Positions 21,869-34,002 of a stretch of DNA of 49,131 nucleotides are shown piece by piece. This DNA is from Basidiobolus meristosporus CBS 931.73 (Eukaryota; Fungi; Basidiobolomycota): positions 1 through 49,131 of the forward strand of contig MCFE01000658.1 of assembly GCA_002104905.1 (NCBI GenBank), in the 5' to 3' direction. Positions within the stretch are counted from its first letter, which is position 1. Every line of letters begins with the position of its first letter. A program made the translations under genes and the position numbers. A model generated the notes under the pieces. The model was not told where the DNA came from, did not search any database, and saw nothing but the letters and a program-made list of their open reading frames with translations.

Positions 21869-23125
21869 ATGTCTAGATTAGCTGAACTACCAGAGGATCT
21901 ACTTCTGCATCAGCTCCGATATTTCTCAGCAAAGGGGCTAGCTCGTCTGTCAGTTACGAACAAGTACTTCAACAAGATATGCATGGACGATTCACTCTGG
22001 CACAATGTTTGTCGCTCTTATGGGGTAACGGAGTTGGGGAATTGGCCAGGAAAAACCTTCAAGTCTCTTTACTACCTTTTGCTTTCGAAATGGGGCTGGC
22101 TTTTGGGCTTGTGGTTTGGGAATTTCCCAACTATCGGAGATTTAGTACAGGTTGTCTGGGTGCCAGAGGAAGGAGCTTTGGTTGCTTCACGGATCGAATG
22201 CATCAATACATACAATATGAGGATGGAGCAACTATTACCAGTCAATCCAAACGTACTAATTTACGAGCTTCACACATCCTTTAAATATAGAAGGCTTTTT
22301 GTAATAAGTTTGGATGCAACCACTTCTGATATCACAACCCTTTGCCATTACCCTGACCTACTGATCCGACTGGATGACGACACCTGGGTACCAATGGATA
22401 ACCGTACTGGGATAGATCTGAGGCAATGTCATCGTGCAAATGTTTCCAAGGTTTCCTTCTACTCTCATCCCAAGACCGGCCTCTGGGTATCACTTCCTGA
22501 GCAATGGGAGTTGGACTATACAAATCAAGACAGCCCTCAGATGTCCAAACGGCCATGTTTCTCCTGGAGGTGTTCGCGTCATTGCCACGAGTGTTCGAGG
22601 TTTCAAGTCCGAATGTTTGTCCCGTCACTGGCTAAGCTCTTCCCGTTTGAAGTAAATCCCAGCGCAAGCTCACCTCTGCAAGGGCTATGGGTTGGGACTT
22701 ACGGGCCACATGGATGTGAGATACTACTGTTCAACTATGACGAACAGGGATCTCAGTTGCTTGCTTCCAAGATCACTGGCGACATCAACGTACCTCGGGG
22801 AGAGATAACTTTTCTTGTCGACTTCGGAAGAGAGCTGGTCGACGCTTCCAACGTTTTATTTAGAGGTTATCGAGTATATGCAGGGCAGGGGCAAATCGCT
22901 TCAAACAGCTTCCTAAATAGTCGGATGATTGACATTGAATGTATGCACAGATTCCCTTGTCGTATGATCGGGATACTAATACGGTTTATTCGAATAGGTA
23001 TTTGGATCTCTAACGATGAGATTGCTGTATACTGGTGCGACCTTCATCTTCTTGGGCGGTATCTGCGTGTAACAGATAATCAAAGCCGATTTGTTTCTCG
23101 CATCTCGACTCCACTAGCCCATTAA
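21869..23125 (+). CDS. F-box protein with FBXO31/DUF3506-like C-terminal domain
   Basis: LAELPEDLL F-box; GLWVGTYGPHGCEILL, SKITGDINVPRGEITF, YAGQGQIA; probable intron near 22942-22996. Confidence 0.82.
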   Translation: MSRLAELPEDLLLHQLRYFSAKGLARLSVTNKYFNKICMDDSLWHNVCRSYGVTELGNWPGKTFKSLYYLLLSKWGWLLGLWFGNFPTIGDLVQVVWVPEEGALVASRIECINTYNMRMEQLLPVNPNVLIYELHTSFKYRRLFVISLDATTSDITTLCHYPDLLIRLDDDTWVPMDNRTGIDLRQCHRANVSKVSFYSHPKTGLWVSLPEQWELDYTNQDSPQMSKRPCFSWRCSRHCHECSRFQVRMFVPSLAKLFPFEVNPSASSPLQGLWVGTYGPHGCEILLFNYDEQGSQLLASKITGDINVPRGEITFLVDFGRELVDASNVLFRGYRVYAGQGQIASNSFLNSRMIDIECMHRFPCRMIGILIRFIRIGIWISNDEIAVYWCDLHLLGRYLRVTDNQSRFVSRISTPLAH

Positions 23126-23280
23126 GATGGCTTCTGGATTAGCCATGTAAATACTTTTAATCAGGATAAATATATACTCATAAAAATTCAGTGGTGGCTT
23201 TATAGATTCTCAATTATTAGTCATTGAATATCTGCAGTTCTTGATATTCCATTTGCTGTCAACACGCATACGAGAATTTG

Positions 23281-24046
23281 ATGCAGCCTCTACGCAAGAA
23301 AGCCGTAGTCTCCTTTACAGGCGGAAAAGACTGTTGTCTGAGCCTGTTTAGAGCACTTCAGGAAGACAAGTTCGATGTTGTCGCCCTGGCAACCTTTCAA
23401 TCTTCTAACTTGTTAAGTTACATGAATTACACTCATCCGCTAAAGTTGATCGAAAAGCAAGCAGAAGCACTGAATCTACCTTTGGAGGTGTTCCACTTCT
23501 CAGAGCCACATTTCGATGGTTACAGGAACAGTATATTGGCCTTGAAAGAAAAATATGGAGCAGAAATTCTTATCACTGGTAGCCTTTGCATTTTGCTACC
23601 TTGGCCCTGCATACAAAGGAGTAACCCTTCTTGTCAATTTAGGGGATATTCTGGAAGTCACGGAAGGTTACATGGACAAGGTTGCTGAGGGTACCGGAGT
23701 CAGTTTGTGGAAACCACTGATGGGGATTGATAGAGACGCTCTGCTAAACGAACTATTTAGTAATAATTTCAAAGTGATATTCTCTTGTGTAAGTTGCACC
23801 AGTGCAGGCGAGCAAGACTCGGAAAAACTCGTAGGAAGGACACTATCGCCAGAGATATTCGACACAGTTGTTCGACGCAACGTAAATCATATTGACCTGG
23901 GAGGCGAGTTTGGCGAGTTCCACACCATGGTGTTGGATGCACCAATGTTTTGCAAAAGTATCAACATTCAAGGAGCCCCTGTCCGTACAGAGGAATACAA
24001 CCTAATTTCTTACGAAGTTCATGACATATTGCTAATGGGCAAATAA
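23281..24046 (+). CDS. Stand-alone PP-loop ATPase of the diphthine-ammonia ligase/MJ0570 family (prokaryote-like), 2 exons
   Basis: SFTGGKDCCLSL, QAEALNLPL, TGDI, KPL, LVGRTL, IDLGGEFGEFHTMVLDAPMF; intron about 23578-23642. Confidence 0.85.
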
Positions 24047-24087
24047 ATGCTCCCCATTTTCGATAAAGAAATGATGATTTATTCAAA

Positions 24088-24593
24088 TTAGATGCGTGCG
24101 ATACACTCAATCTCTACCAAAGCACCTTTTACTGGGGTTGCGACCACTTGAACGCACGTACGAGCTGGACGATGATCGCCGAAAAACTCCCCGTAGACCT
24201 CGTTCATCTCCGCAAAAAGCCCCATATCGCAAATGAACACATTGACTTTTGTGACTCTATCGCGGCTAGAGCCTGCTGCCTTCAAAACGTAGTCCAGGTT
24301 AGCCAAAGCTTGTTTCTAAGAAATCTCCGTTAGTACAGAATCAAGCCAAGTGCTAGATCGTCAGGAGTATTACGGTTTCGGCTTTGATGCCACCTGGGGC
24401 TAGTTGCTTCTTACTTTCATCCCAGCCCACTTGGCCTGAGCAGTAGATATGAGGGTCGCTCTTAATGGCATGAACTAAAAGAGAACTGAATTAATGCCAG
24501 GCAGACTAATATCTGATATCTCCTCTACGTACTGAATGGGCCGGTGGGTGTGGGTGCTTCGGGAGCAAAAACGGTATTGAGTTGGCTGGACAT
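24088..24593 (-). CDS. ridA: RidA/YjgF/YER057c family imine deaminase, multi-exon
   Basis: MSSQLNTVFAPEAPTPTGPFS, ANLDYVLKAAGSS, KVNVFICDM, MNEVYGEFFGDHRPARTCVQV, VEIECIA. Confidence 0.92.
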
Positions 24594-24666
24594 CTTGTAG
24601 TGCAGACAGATTTAGCTAGGCGTAGTTTTTATAGATGTCAATGTGGATTATTAATCACTGATGGGT

Positions 24667-24747
24667 GCAACCACATTGATAATCGTATTAGTTGGAGCAA
24701 CCACATTGATAATGGTAGTGGTTAGAGCAACCACAATCGTATTAGTT
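24667..24747 (+). repeat. 30-bp tandem repeat x2.7 (GCAACCACATTGATAAT core)
   Basis: Direct reading; in the divergent RidA/EXS intergenic region. Confidence 0.85.
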
Positions 24748-24976
24748 ATGAATGAATCATAGTGTGGGAAGAAAAGAACAAGCTACATTTCCATATATAA
24801 GATCCACGTCTACATACGATCTTACTGTGGATTTCTATAAATGTACATGCTATGCAACTTCGCCTAATTTTCTGCCAGAATTGATTAATTTGCGACACAT
24901 CTAAATTAGGCACATATTTCACAGCGCTTTGTTTGGTGCTACTGAGCTTTCATCTTTGCTCACGAATAAAGCAGTC

Positions 24977-26305
24977 ATGGCCGACTCATATGTTCCTTTT
25001 GAATATCGCGCGTTGCTCCTGATAGATTTGGGACTTTGGTGTTGGGGACTGAATATTCAGCTTCTGAACAAGGCTGGAATAGACGTTCCAACACTCTTTG
25101 GCTTTGAGAAGCATGAAAACAAAGTTCACGGGGTGGTTTACAGGATTGCTCTAGCCTTCTCCCTGATTACCCTAGCCTTTCTGTCCCTTTTCTGGTACGC
25201 AGTAAAGTTGGAATACAGGGGGAAGTTTGTGACTGCAACGTGTTACTTCGTGCTTATTTTTCTCACCATTTGCCCTTTCAATACCTTCTACAAGAAAGTC
25301 AGATACAGCTTCTTAAGGTATGGTCTTCTGTCGTCCTCGTGCAGATTCAAGTCGACTAATCCTTGTCCTGATGGGGGTGTGTCCACAGCTCCCTTCTCAG
25401 GATTATCGTCTCTCCTATTCGCTCAGAACCTTCATTTGGGGATGTTATCTTGGCGGATATTTTGACTAGCTTTGCGAAGGTCTTTGCGGGGATATATTTC
25501 ACTTTTTGCGCGTTCTTTACTGCTTCCAACTCCGATGCTATTTCGTCTGATTACCTTCATCATTCACTTGAGCTGCTTATTATTGGCCCCCTCATCACCA
25601 GGTAAGTGGTCAAGTTTGGGGACTCGAAGCGGCCTCCCTCACCAACAGTGTTTATTTAACAGTCTCCCGTTCCTCTTTCGCTTCCGTCAATGCATATCTG
25701 AATATCTAGCCTCGGAGGGAACCGGGTACAAAGCATTAGCTAATGCCGTTAAATACGCCTCAGCTTTCCCAGTGATTTTCCTATCCGCTCTGATCCATAG
25801 TCCATCGCAGGAAGCTAGCCACATGGTAACCATTTGGTAAGGAACATCAGTTAAGATCAAGGCCTTTGCCTGAATAACAATGTGCATTCTTAGGCTATTG
25901 ACAGTGCTGTTCAATTCACTGTATTCTTTCTACTGGGATGTTGTAATGGATTGGGGTCTTTCGGTTTCCTGCTCGCCTGAGAAGAAGTCAGGGATGATCG
26001 TGCTTCGACACATCTTGCTCTATCGTGAGCCCGTATACTATATTTCAATCCTGGTGGATTTCTTTCTTCGTACCACATGGTCACTGAAACTCTCGGAAAA
26101 TCTTAAATCTGAAGATCTGATCTCGGGTGGATTCCTACTTGAGGCTGCGGAAATCCTGCGACGCTGGCTTTGGGTGTACTTCCGTGTTGAGAAGGAATGG
26201 ATTGGCTTCGGCTTCAATGGGCTTCACTCCAACGATTCATTGGACCGTGTTGAGGAGCAAGAGATCCATCTTATCACCCACGAAAGGGCACATTTGCCAC
26301 AGTGA
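24977..26305 (+). CDS. ERD1: EXS-domain protein (ERD1-like), multi-exon
   Basis: DVILADILTSFAKV, LPFLFRFRQCISEY, LANAVKYASAFPV, NSLYSFYWDVVMDWGL, DFFLRTTWSLKLS, EILRRWLWVYFRVEKEW; no SPX domain. Confidence 0.88.
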
Positions 26306-26496
26306 GCACTCTCCCGTTGATGTACATAGCATTTTATTTAACGGTTATAATAAAGCAGACCTAGCAGCTCTATGGTGGGGATTTTCCTTCAGCTTACATG
26401 CACAAGATCCTGCTTATCTAATACAATCCCAAAATTTCCTCCAACAAAAAATATGGCACTCGCCAGTATCCTTGATATACACATCAATGTCACCCT

Positions 26497-27800
26497 CTAT
26501 TTACGCTTGACTTGTTTTGATGCCAAAAGCTCGGCCGCGCTAGCGTAACCGAGCCTGTCGCATACATGTGCCAGAATTCCTGTTGGTGGAAGACCCTTCC
26601 TTCGTCGACATATCGAGCAGTTGCATATCCCTTGACACCTATAAATTGTGAAGAGCTCTCGTAAACATGCACAGACAGTATACATATCCTACCAATAGAT
26701 CACTTACACTGGACAAAGCCAATTACCGGACGCCTTCGCTTGTTTGACTGTCATGCCATACCTAAGTGTCAAGAAATCTGCATTAGATAATGGTAAAGCC
26801 AGGAAAAAGAACGTTGTGCTACTTCACCTATTTGTTATGCACATGTCGTCTAATAGTACGTTGCATCTTACACCATCGATAACATTCGTGCATCGAACCT
26901 AGTCAAATAATTAGCTGCTGTGGATAAATAACCGAACGTGCAATGTGGTGCGCCACCTTTTCATCCATGGTTTTTTGTCTATGATAGTAGGTTAAGAGAA
27001 AATTCACGAGATATTACGGAGCAGTATACTAACCGGCATTGATGGCAAGTAGAGCCGCGAAGTGAATCATACACTCTGTAAAGATGAACTATCAACCACA
27101 ACATACTCGCTTCGTGACTGTAAACCGCCTTCTTTACCTGTTTCCCTGATAGCGTACCCCAGGTACACGGCGAGTGGGTTTTCGTGACGCCGCACTCTAA
27201 AATATAGAGCTTAATATCTTTCCACCCAGGTCGAGAGTATGGTAGAATGCTTACCCGACGACGTTGTGTAAAGGAGTATCCGTCTACCTCCTCGGCTTCG
27301 AATAGGTATGCAACAAAGTCGAAGTCTGGATCATCATCTTCATTCTTAACAGCTGTGTACGAATCCGTGTATGATTTCTAGAAAACACCACAAAATTAGC
27401 ATGGTTGGAGAAGAAGGATAGCGCACTCATATGTATATACCCTTCCTCTTGCCCGAGAACTTCGGCGAACTTTAGGTATTAAAACTACCGGCTTATTGTG
27501 CGTGGCAGTACAAACAAAAGAGTAGATAGGATCTTCAACAGGTGGAGTAGGAGAGCTACGGGCTACGACTTTGACTTTGGGAGTAACCTTTGGTATTTTC
27601 TAATGGGTACTACGAAGTTTAGCTCAGATACGCGTGAAATCGCTTTAGGAAACCATCTTTTCACCTCCTCACTGAGTCCTAAACTTTGCAGCAATAGTTT
27701 GTTGGCCTCAATGCGCTTTTGTCTGATCTTTGGATGTTAGTTAGGAAGTAAATTGAAAACAGAATTCAAAGTCCCACCTCTCGACTTCGTAATCGTTCAT
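26497..27800 (-). CDS. CDCA7: CDCA7-like protein with zf-4CXXC_R1 domain (about 10 short exons)
   Basis: Manual splicing gives MNDYEVERIRQKRIEANKLLLQSLGL...VRRSSRARG...GNRVYDSLRGSTCHQCRQKTMDEKVRCTNVIDGVRCNVLLDDMCITNRYGMTVKQAKASGNWLCPxCQGICNCSICRRRKGLPPTGILAHVCDRLGYASAAELL. Confidence 0.88.
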
Positions 27801-28428
27801 ATGCGAATAATGTGACTGAGAGTAGTACGTCCAATGCTGTACTGTCGAAGTCTAATCGTAGCTGGCCGTGATTTTATTAAATGTAAACACCACGAAAAGT
27901 AGGTTGTTTTTACTTGCTAGTCACCCAATCCCGGATTCTGATTGGTGGAGCCATGGGAGAGCTTTACTGTGTGTTTCATGAGCTATTTTTAACACGTACG
28001 TGAGGATAATGGCATTTATCGGGGATTTGTGTGAAACGCTTGGTTTTTGGCACTTGGCCAAAGAACATCAGACAAAATACAATGGTAGTGGCGTTTCAGA
28101 CTGCTGTGCAGTTGTAACGCAAGCGGATGCATCCATTATCGAGAATTGTATATAAGCGATGCTGGAAGTGATAGCATCACCCATCCTAGAGCTTGTATAT
28201 TACATTTCCTAATGAAATCCACCGTTCGTGACTCGCTTCTCTGCAACTTGAATTCTTCTGCAAACCTATTTTACCCCTCATACCAAGGGAGAAGAACGCA
28301 ATCCAGGGCCTCCAATCTGCCCAACCCACCTAGTCCAAGTCAGATTTCAGCTCGATCAAGTGTGATGTCACCTCGGTTCAGCTACGAGCCTATGCGGTCG
28401 CCAAGTGCCCCCTGCCCCTACTTTTAAA

Positions 28429-28464
28429 TGCTACACACCTTGCCGCACACCTTGCTGCACACCT
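28429..28464 (+). repeat. 12-bp tandem repeat (TGCYRCACACCT)x3
   Basis: Direct reading. Confidence 0.8.
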
Positions 28465-29755
28465 CATCTAAACCTCAACACCCATAGATTCGAAATAGAC
28501 TATAGAAAATCATCCAATAATCATACAGGATTTCTAGATGTAATTTAATGCTGCATATCTAACAGTAATAACTGAAGGCGAAATCTTGTGATCAATCTAA
28601 CCACAGAAGGCGTATATCATGATTAACCTACTTAATTAACCACTTGATTAACCCACTTAATAAACACGTAATAAAAATAAGCCAAACCTTGCACAAGCTG
28701 GATCGTGGTCTCAATGATGATAATAATAATAACTACATCGTAGCATCTGTTGACGTTAGCCAAGCTGCTATTTGCCCAGCTGATTACGTTTGATGTTGCC
28801 TAACCGCTATCTGTTTAACTTTTCCATGGTCTGAAACATCTATGATATCACTCCAATGTTGCCTCACAACCAAGCGGATTGTATATTAGGATATATTGAA
28901 GCCACATAAAAGAATTCCATTCTCCAGCGACTGATCTCTCATATTTTATCGAGTGTACAGATTAATTAGCGATGAATCGGGATATGTCCATTCTGCTAAC
29001 ACAAGCGCTCCAAATGTTGTCCTTGGATTTCTAGTTTAGTCAACGATAAACGGCGGAGAGGAGACCTTTGAAATTGAAGTGACGTGTGAATGACTGAAGA
29101 TGCCTTATGTGGACGGCGTCTTGAATACCCTATTCCATATCTGGACCCAGGGTGGCTATATTTGGCTTCGTTCATATATGTTAGCTAATCATTACACATT
29201 CCTCATCGTTTGTTACGCTATCCACCCCGAGCACCATGGTACCACCCAAATTCAAATAAACTCCGAATTAATATTAATTTAATATCGTTCCATATATTTA
29301 TTTATTTTGCTCACTCTTAAAACATCCACAACTAACGGTCTGGATATACCGAAATTGGAAAATTTCAGGAAATGGTTGCTAAGAAAGCTAAATAAAATTT
29401 GTCGCGTTGTGAGGGACTATCTTATAAAGCATACAGTCATCTCTAATAAAAGTAAGGCTCGTATATAAATTTAGCCAATTACTGCCCGGAGGAAACAGCT
29501 GGCGTATACATAAAACATTCTTTTGCCTCATCTAGTCTTTTGTTTTCTGACTGCCATCTTTCCATTTATTGGCTTTTGTAGAATCTTCTCTTTCCGCTCG
29601 TGATTTGCCGACGCATTTTCTGAGATATCTTCAACTTCTTGCGCCATTGTTTGGATGGACGTTGTTTGTCTATTTTAACTCCACCCTGGTAGAGATTTTC
29701 AAGAACACACACCGTATATTTGAATATTGGTCATATCTTAGCCTGAAGCCTTCAT

Positions 29756-32700
29756 ATGTCTGCTCCAAAAGCCAACTCATATGAGGCACCGCCCAACCAA
29801 ACCCGAGCAAATGGCCAATCCACTCACGACGCAGAGTCTGGTGATATCTTCTCCCCGTACCAACCGCTTGAATCCCCGTCCCGTTTTTCTGACTACACAC
29901 ACACACCACTAGAGCTTAATAATATACATGACCAAGGTGAAGTCGAGTCCCGTGCTCTCGAGGAGCAACCGTCGCTAAATACACCTCGCAGACAAAGATC
30001 CTTAGTACGGCCAGAACGGCACCCTTCGGAGCGCAGATACCCTCGCCGCGTAAGCGGAGTCGATGGAGATGTCATGTCTGACCGTTCAAGGGCCCACAAA
30101 CACCCTGCTTTGGATCGGAGTGGCAGTACCTTCCGTTCTCTTAAGGGAGGAAAATCAGCAGGAGGATCACATTCACAGAAAGGGCGCAGATGCCCTTCAG
30201 TATGGCAAATGTTTGCTACATGTGTTACCTGTTACGCTCCAAATCCATTGCTCTCATGTTGTGGTTAGTTGATGTTGACCCTAGTTATCATTAATGAATC
30301 TGAATATTGATCCTTGCTTACTCAAGGTATGAAAACCAACGAGATCCGTCGAGCCTGGCGCGAAAAGATGGCCCTATGCACCATCATTATATTGTTATGT
30401 GGAGCAGTAGGCTTTTTGACATTCGGTTTTCAACAGGTGTTATGTGGATTTTCTAGCACCGCCAACCGAGTAAAGCATGGCTCTTTACAAGCAACAGATG
30501 CAATTATCAATGGCAAAGTCTATAGATTGACTGGTTTCACCCATCCACCTGCAGCCAATATTCCACAAGATGGCAATCTAAGCCCAGTTATTGGAGGCCA
30601 GGACGTCTCTTTCCTATTCCAAAGTGCGAATTCCCACTGTAAAGGAATTCTCAATGTCCAATCCGGGGATGCTTCTAGTTACTTCCCTTGCGTTGCGCGA
30701 AACTCAACTGCAGTATCCAATCCATCCGAAAATTCCGATCGTGCTGCTTGTCATAGCCCATCGGCTAGTGCCAGAGTTAAGCAGCTGAAGTTTATTGGAG
30801 ATATTTACTACGAATGGCCAGATATATTGAAGAAGGACAGAAACTTTGTCGTTTACAATGGTCATGTTTTGGACATCGACCTCTTGAAATGGTTGGTTCC
30901 AGGGGTTCAAACACCGGCTATTTTTAACGACCTACTCCGACCCGACTCACCTTACCGCGGCAGTGATATCACGTTTTTCATGGGGAACTACCATCGTGCA
31001 GAGGCTAAGTGTGCGATGGATCTACTCAACGTTGGTGTGTTGGATACCCAATCGATGGGTTGCATAATATCAAATGTTGTTCTGTATGTTTCGCTCATTG
31101 TGATTCTTGGTGTTGTGCTTGCCAAGTTTTTCCTGGCTGTCTACTTTGGTTGGGTGTTGAGCTGGCGACTAGGCACGTTCCGTGAAGAGACTTACGAGGA
31201 ACGCATGAAAAGGCTAGAGGCCATTGAACAATGGAGTGAAAACCCTAACCGACTTGCTGTCTCTGCAAACATGCGCGGAACCAGTAGTTTCCTTCCTCAC
31301 GTAAGTCGCTATACGGCGCCTCCACCGATTTACGACGTCAAGCGAAATAGCTATACTCCGCGTCCTGTGAACAATTCCAGCAACTCCCTTTTGATGGTGA
31401 ATACTGGAGTCCAACGGACCCCAATTGCAACTAGAAATGGTCCACCCGATTCTCCTTATTCACAAGTATCAGGGTATAGCTCCTCAACATTTGGATCCAA
31501 TTTGCATGTGCCTCCAGCTCCACCACCACCTAGTTTCCAACCTTTCAACTTCACTCTGGCGCACACTATCCTTCTAGTCACATGCTATTCCGAAGGCGAG
31601 CTTGGAATGCGCACTACTCTGGATTCACTTGCGTTGACTGACTATCCAGAATCTCACAAGTTGATCATGGTCATTGCTGATGGAATAATCAAGGGTGCTG
31701 GAAATGAGTTATCTACGCCCGATATCTGCCTATCCATGATGAAAGATTTCGTCATTCCGCCGGAGAGCGTTCAGCCTTACTCATATATTGCTATTGCGGA
31801 CGGAGTCAAACGCCACAATATGGCCAAAGTATACGCTGGCTATTACAAGTTCGACAACGCGATCATATCTGCAGATAAGCAGCCTAGAGTCCCCATGATT
31901 CTCATTTCGAAATGTGGCAACGCCGAGGAGCAGAATCTACCGAAACCAGGAAACCGTGGTAAGCGCGACAGTCAAATCGTGCTAATGTCATTCCTGCAGC
32001 ATGTGATGTTCAACGACCGCATGACCGAAATGGAATACGAGCTGTTCAACGCTATGTGGAGCGTTACCGGAGTTAGCCCCGACAATTTCGAGATCGTTCT
32101 CATGGTTGACGCAGACACCAAGGTATATCCTGATTCGGTAACTCGTATGGTATCGTGCATGGTCCTTGACCCTCAGATTATGGGACTCTGCGGTGAAACC
32201 AAGATTGCCAACAAGCGAGACTCTTGGGTGACAATGATTCAGGTGTTTGAGTACTACATCTCTCATCACCAAAGCAAGGCGTTCGAATCTATTTTCGGTG
32301 GCGTGACCTGTCTTCCCGGATGCTTCTGCATGTATCGCATCAAGGCCCCGAAGGGGCCCAATGGCTATTGGGTACCCATTCTAGCTAGCCCCGATATTGT
32401 GGAGCACTATAGCGAGAATGTGGTAGACACATTGCACAAGAAAAATCTATTGCTGTTGGGCGAAGATCGGTACCTCACCACTCTCATGCTACGTACCTTC
32501 CCAAAACGAAAGATGATGTTCGTTCCGCAGGCGGTGTGCAAAACCGTTGTCCCAGACACGTTTGGCGTCCTTCTCTCGCAACGTCGTAGATGGATTAATT
32601 CCACCGTGCACAACCTTCTCGAGTTGGTTTTGATTCGGGATCTTTGCGGTACGTTCTGCTTCTCCATGCAGTTCGTGGTGTTCATGGAGCTGGTCGGTAC

Positions 32701-33286
32701 TGTTGTGCTACCAGCAGCCATTTCCTTCACCATCTACTTGGTTATCATCTCCTTCTTCACAACGCCCGTGCCTATCATCCCGCTCATACTTCTCGCCATC
32801 ATTCTTGGCTTGCCCGCCATACTGATCTTAATGACCACCCGGAAGATCGTGTATGTCGGGTGGATGTTGGTTTACCTACTCTCACTGGTCCTATGGAATT
32901 TCGTTCTACCCACCTATGCATTCTGGCACTTCGACGATTTCAGCTGGGGTCAAACACGACAGGTTGAAGGGGAAGCTAAAGGGGGAAGCCACGGTGATAA
33001 GGAGGGAGAGTTTGACGGGTCGAGAATCAACATGAAGAAATGGAACGAGTTCGAAAAGGAGAAGCGTCGAAAGACCAATATTCTCATCTCCCAGTTGGAC
33101 CTGACTACCGAGTCACACCAGAGCTTGGACAAGCTCGGTTACCACACACCCAGCGAATTGGCCAGATTGTCCAGCATTAACTTCAGGGATAAGGAGGGAT
33201 TCCCCTCGAGTGATGCAGACAATGAGATCGAGGTCGACTTCCCCGGAGGGAACACCGGCCGTGAGCGCCCAACCACACAAAAATAA
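29756..33286 (+). CDS. Chitin synthase, division 2 class IV (Chs3-like), 2 exons
   Basis: AWREKMALC, cytochrome-b5-like segment, LVTCYSEG, KPGNRGKRDSQ, VDADT, CGETKIANK, GEDRYLT, LSQRRRWINST, DDFSWGQTR. Confidence 0.96.
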
Positions 33287-34002
33287 CTCAACCTCACCAA
33301 CCTAATATTCGTAGGACCTCTTGGGCTTACATTGGCAACCCATTTTGATCATCTGATAGTGAACACCTATTTAGTCACCATTACCAACCACCACAGCAAC
33401 GTCCACGAACTTGCTCCACCTTGCCTCCCACTCACATCATGTATAGACCCCACCCTACCCCCCAGTATATGGAGCCAAGCCTACCTACTTACCTACCGGT
33501 ACATCCATCACGAAACCTTGCCCATCATTCAGGTGACGATTCCAAATAAAGGATTTCATATACTCCGGCCTACATTTACAATCCCAACCATTGCTGATCA
33601 GATGTTTGGTTTATCGAAGACGTAAAGAAAACGGAAATGACCGGGTGCGAGAAATTTACATGGCTTTCAAGGGAGTGGGAGGTAAGAGGTGGGGACGTGA
33701 AGAGAATCAAGGGGACGTGATGGGGCGCGGGAGTGGATGTGTGCGTGTGTAAGGGTGAGAGGAGGTGAAAGTGGATATGAATGCGGATGTGAGGGGTGGG
33801 GAGATGATTCTCTCGAGGTACAAAATACAATTTCGGAGTATGGGGGGGTGGGGGTGGAGAGGGAAATCCGATGCTTGCAGCTCAAGATGGCGATGGTGGC
33901 CCTGATATTCAACACGAGGATATCAAGGGGGCGACGGGGATCCGCATGTGGACGTGGCTCGCTCGCGTTCCGACGTTCACACGGATCCGACGTGACTGGG
34001 AT

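Noticed and set aside
28146-28427. 93-aa S/P-rich ORF
   Set aside because: No motif, weak start and no supporting splice structure; left unannotated.
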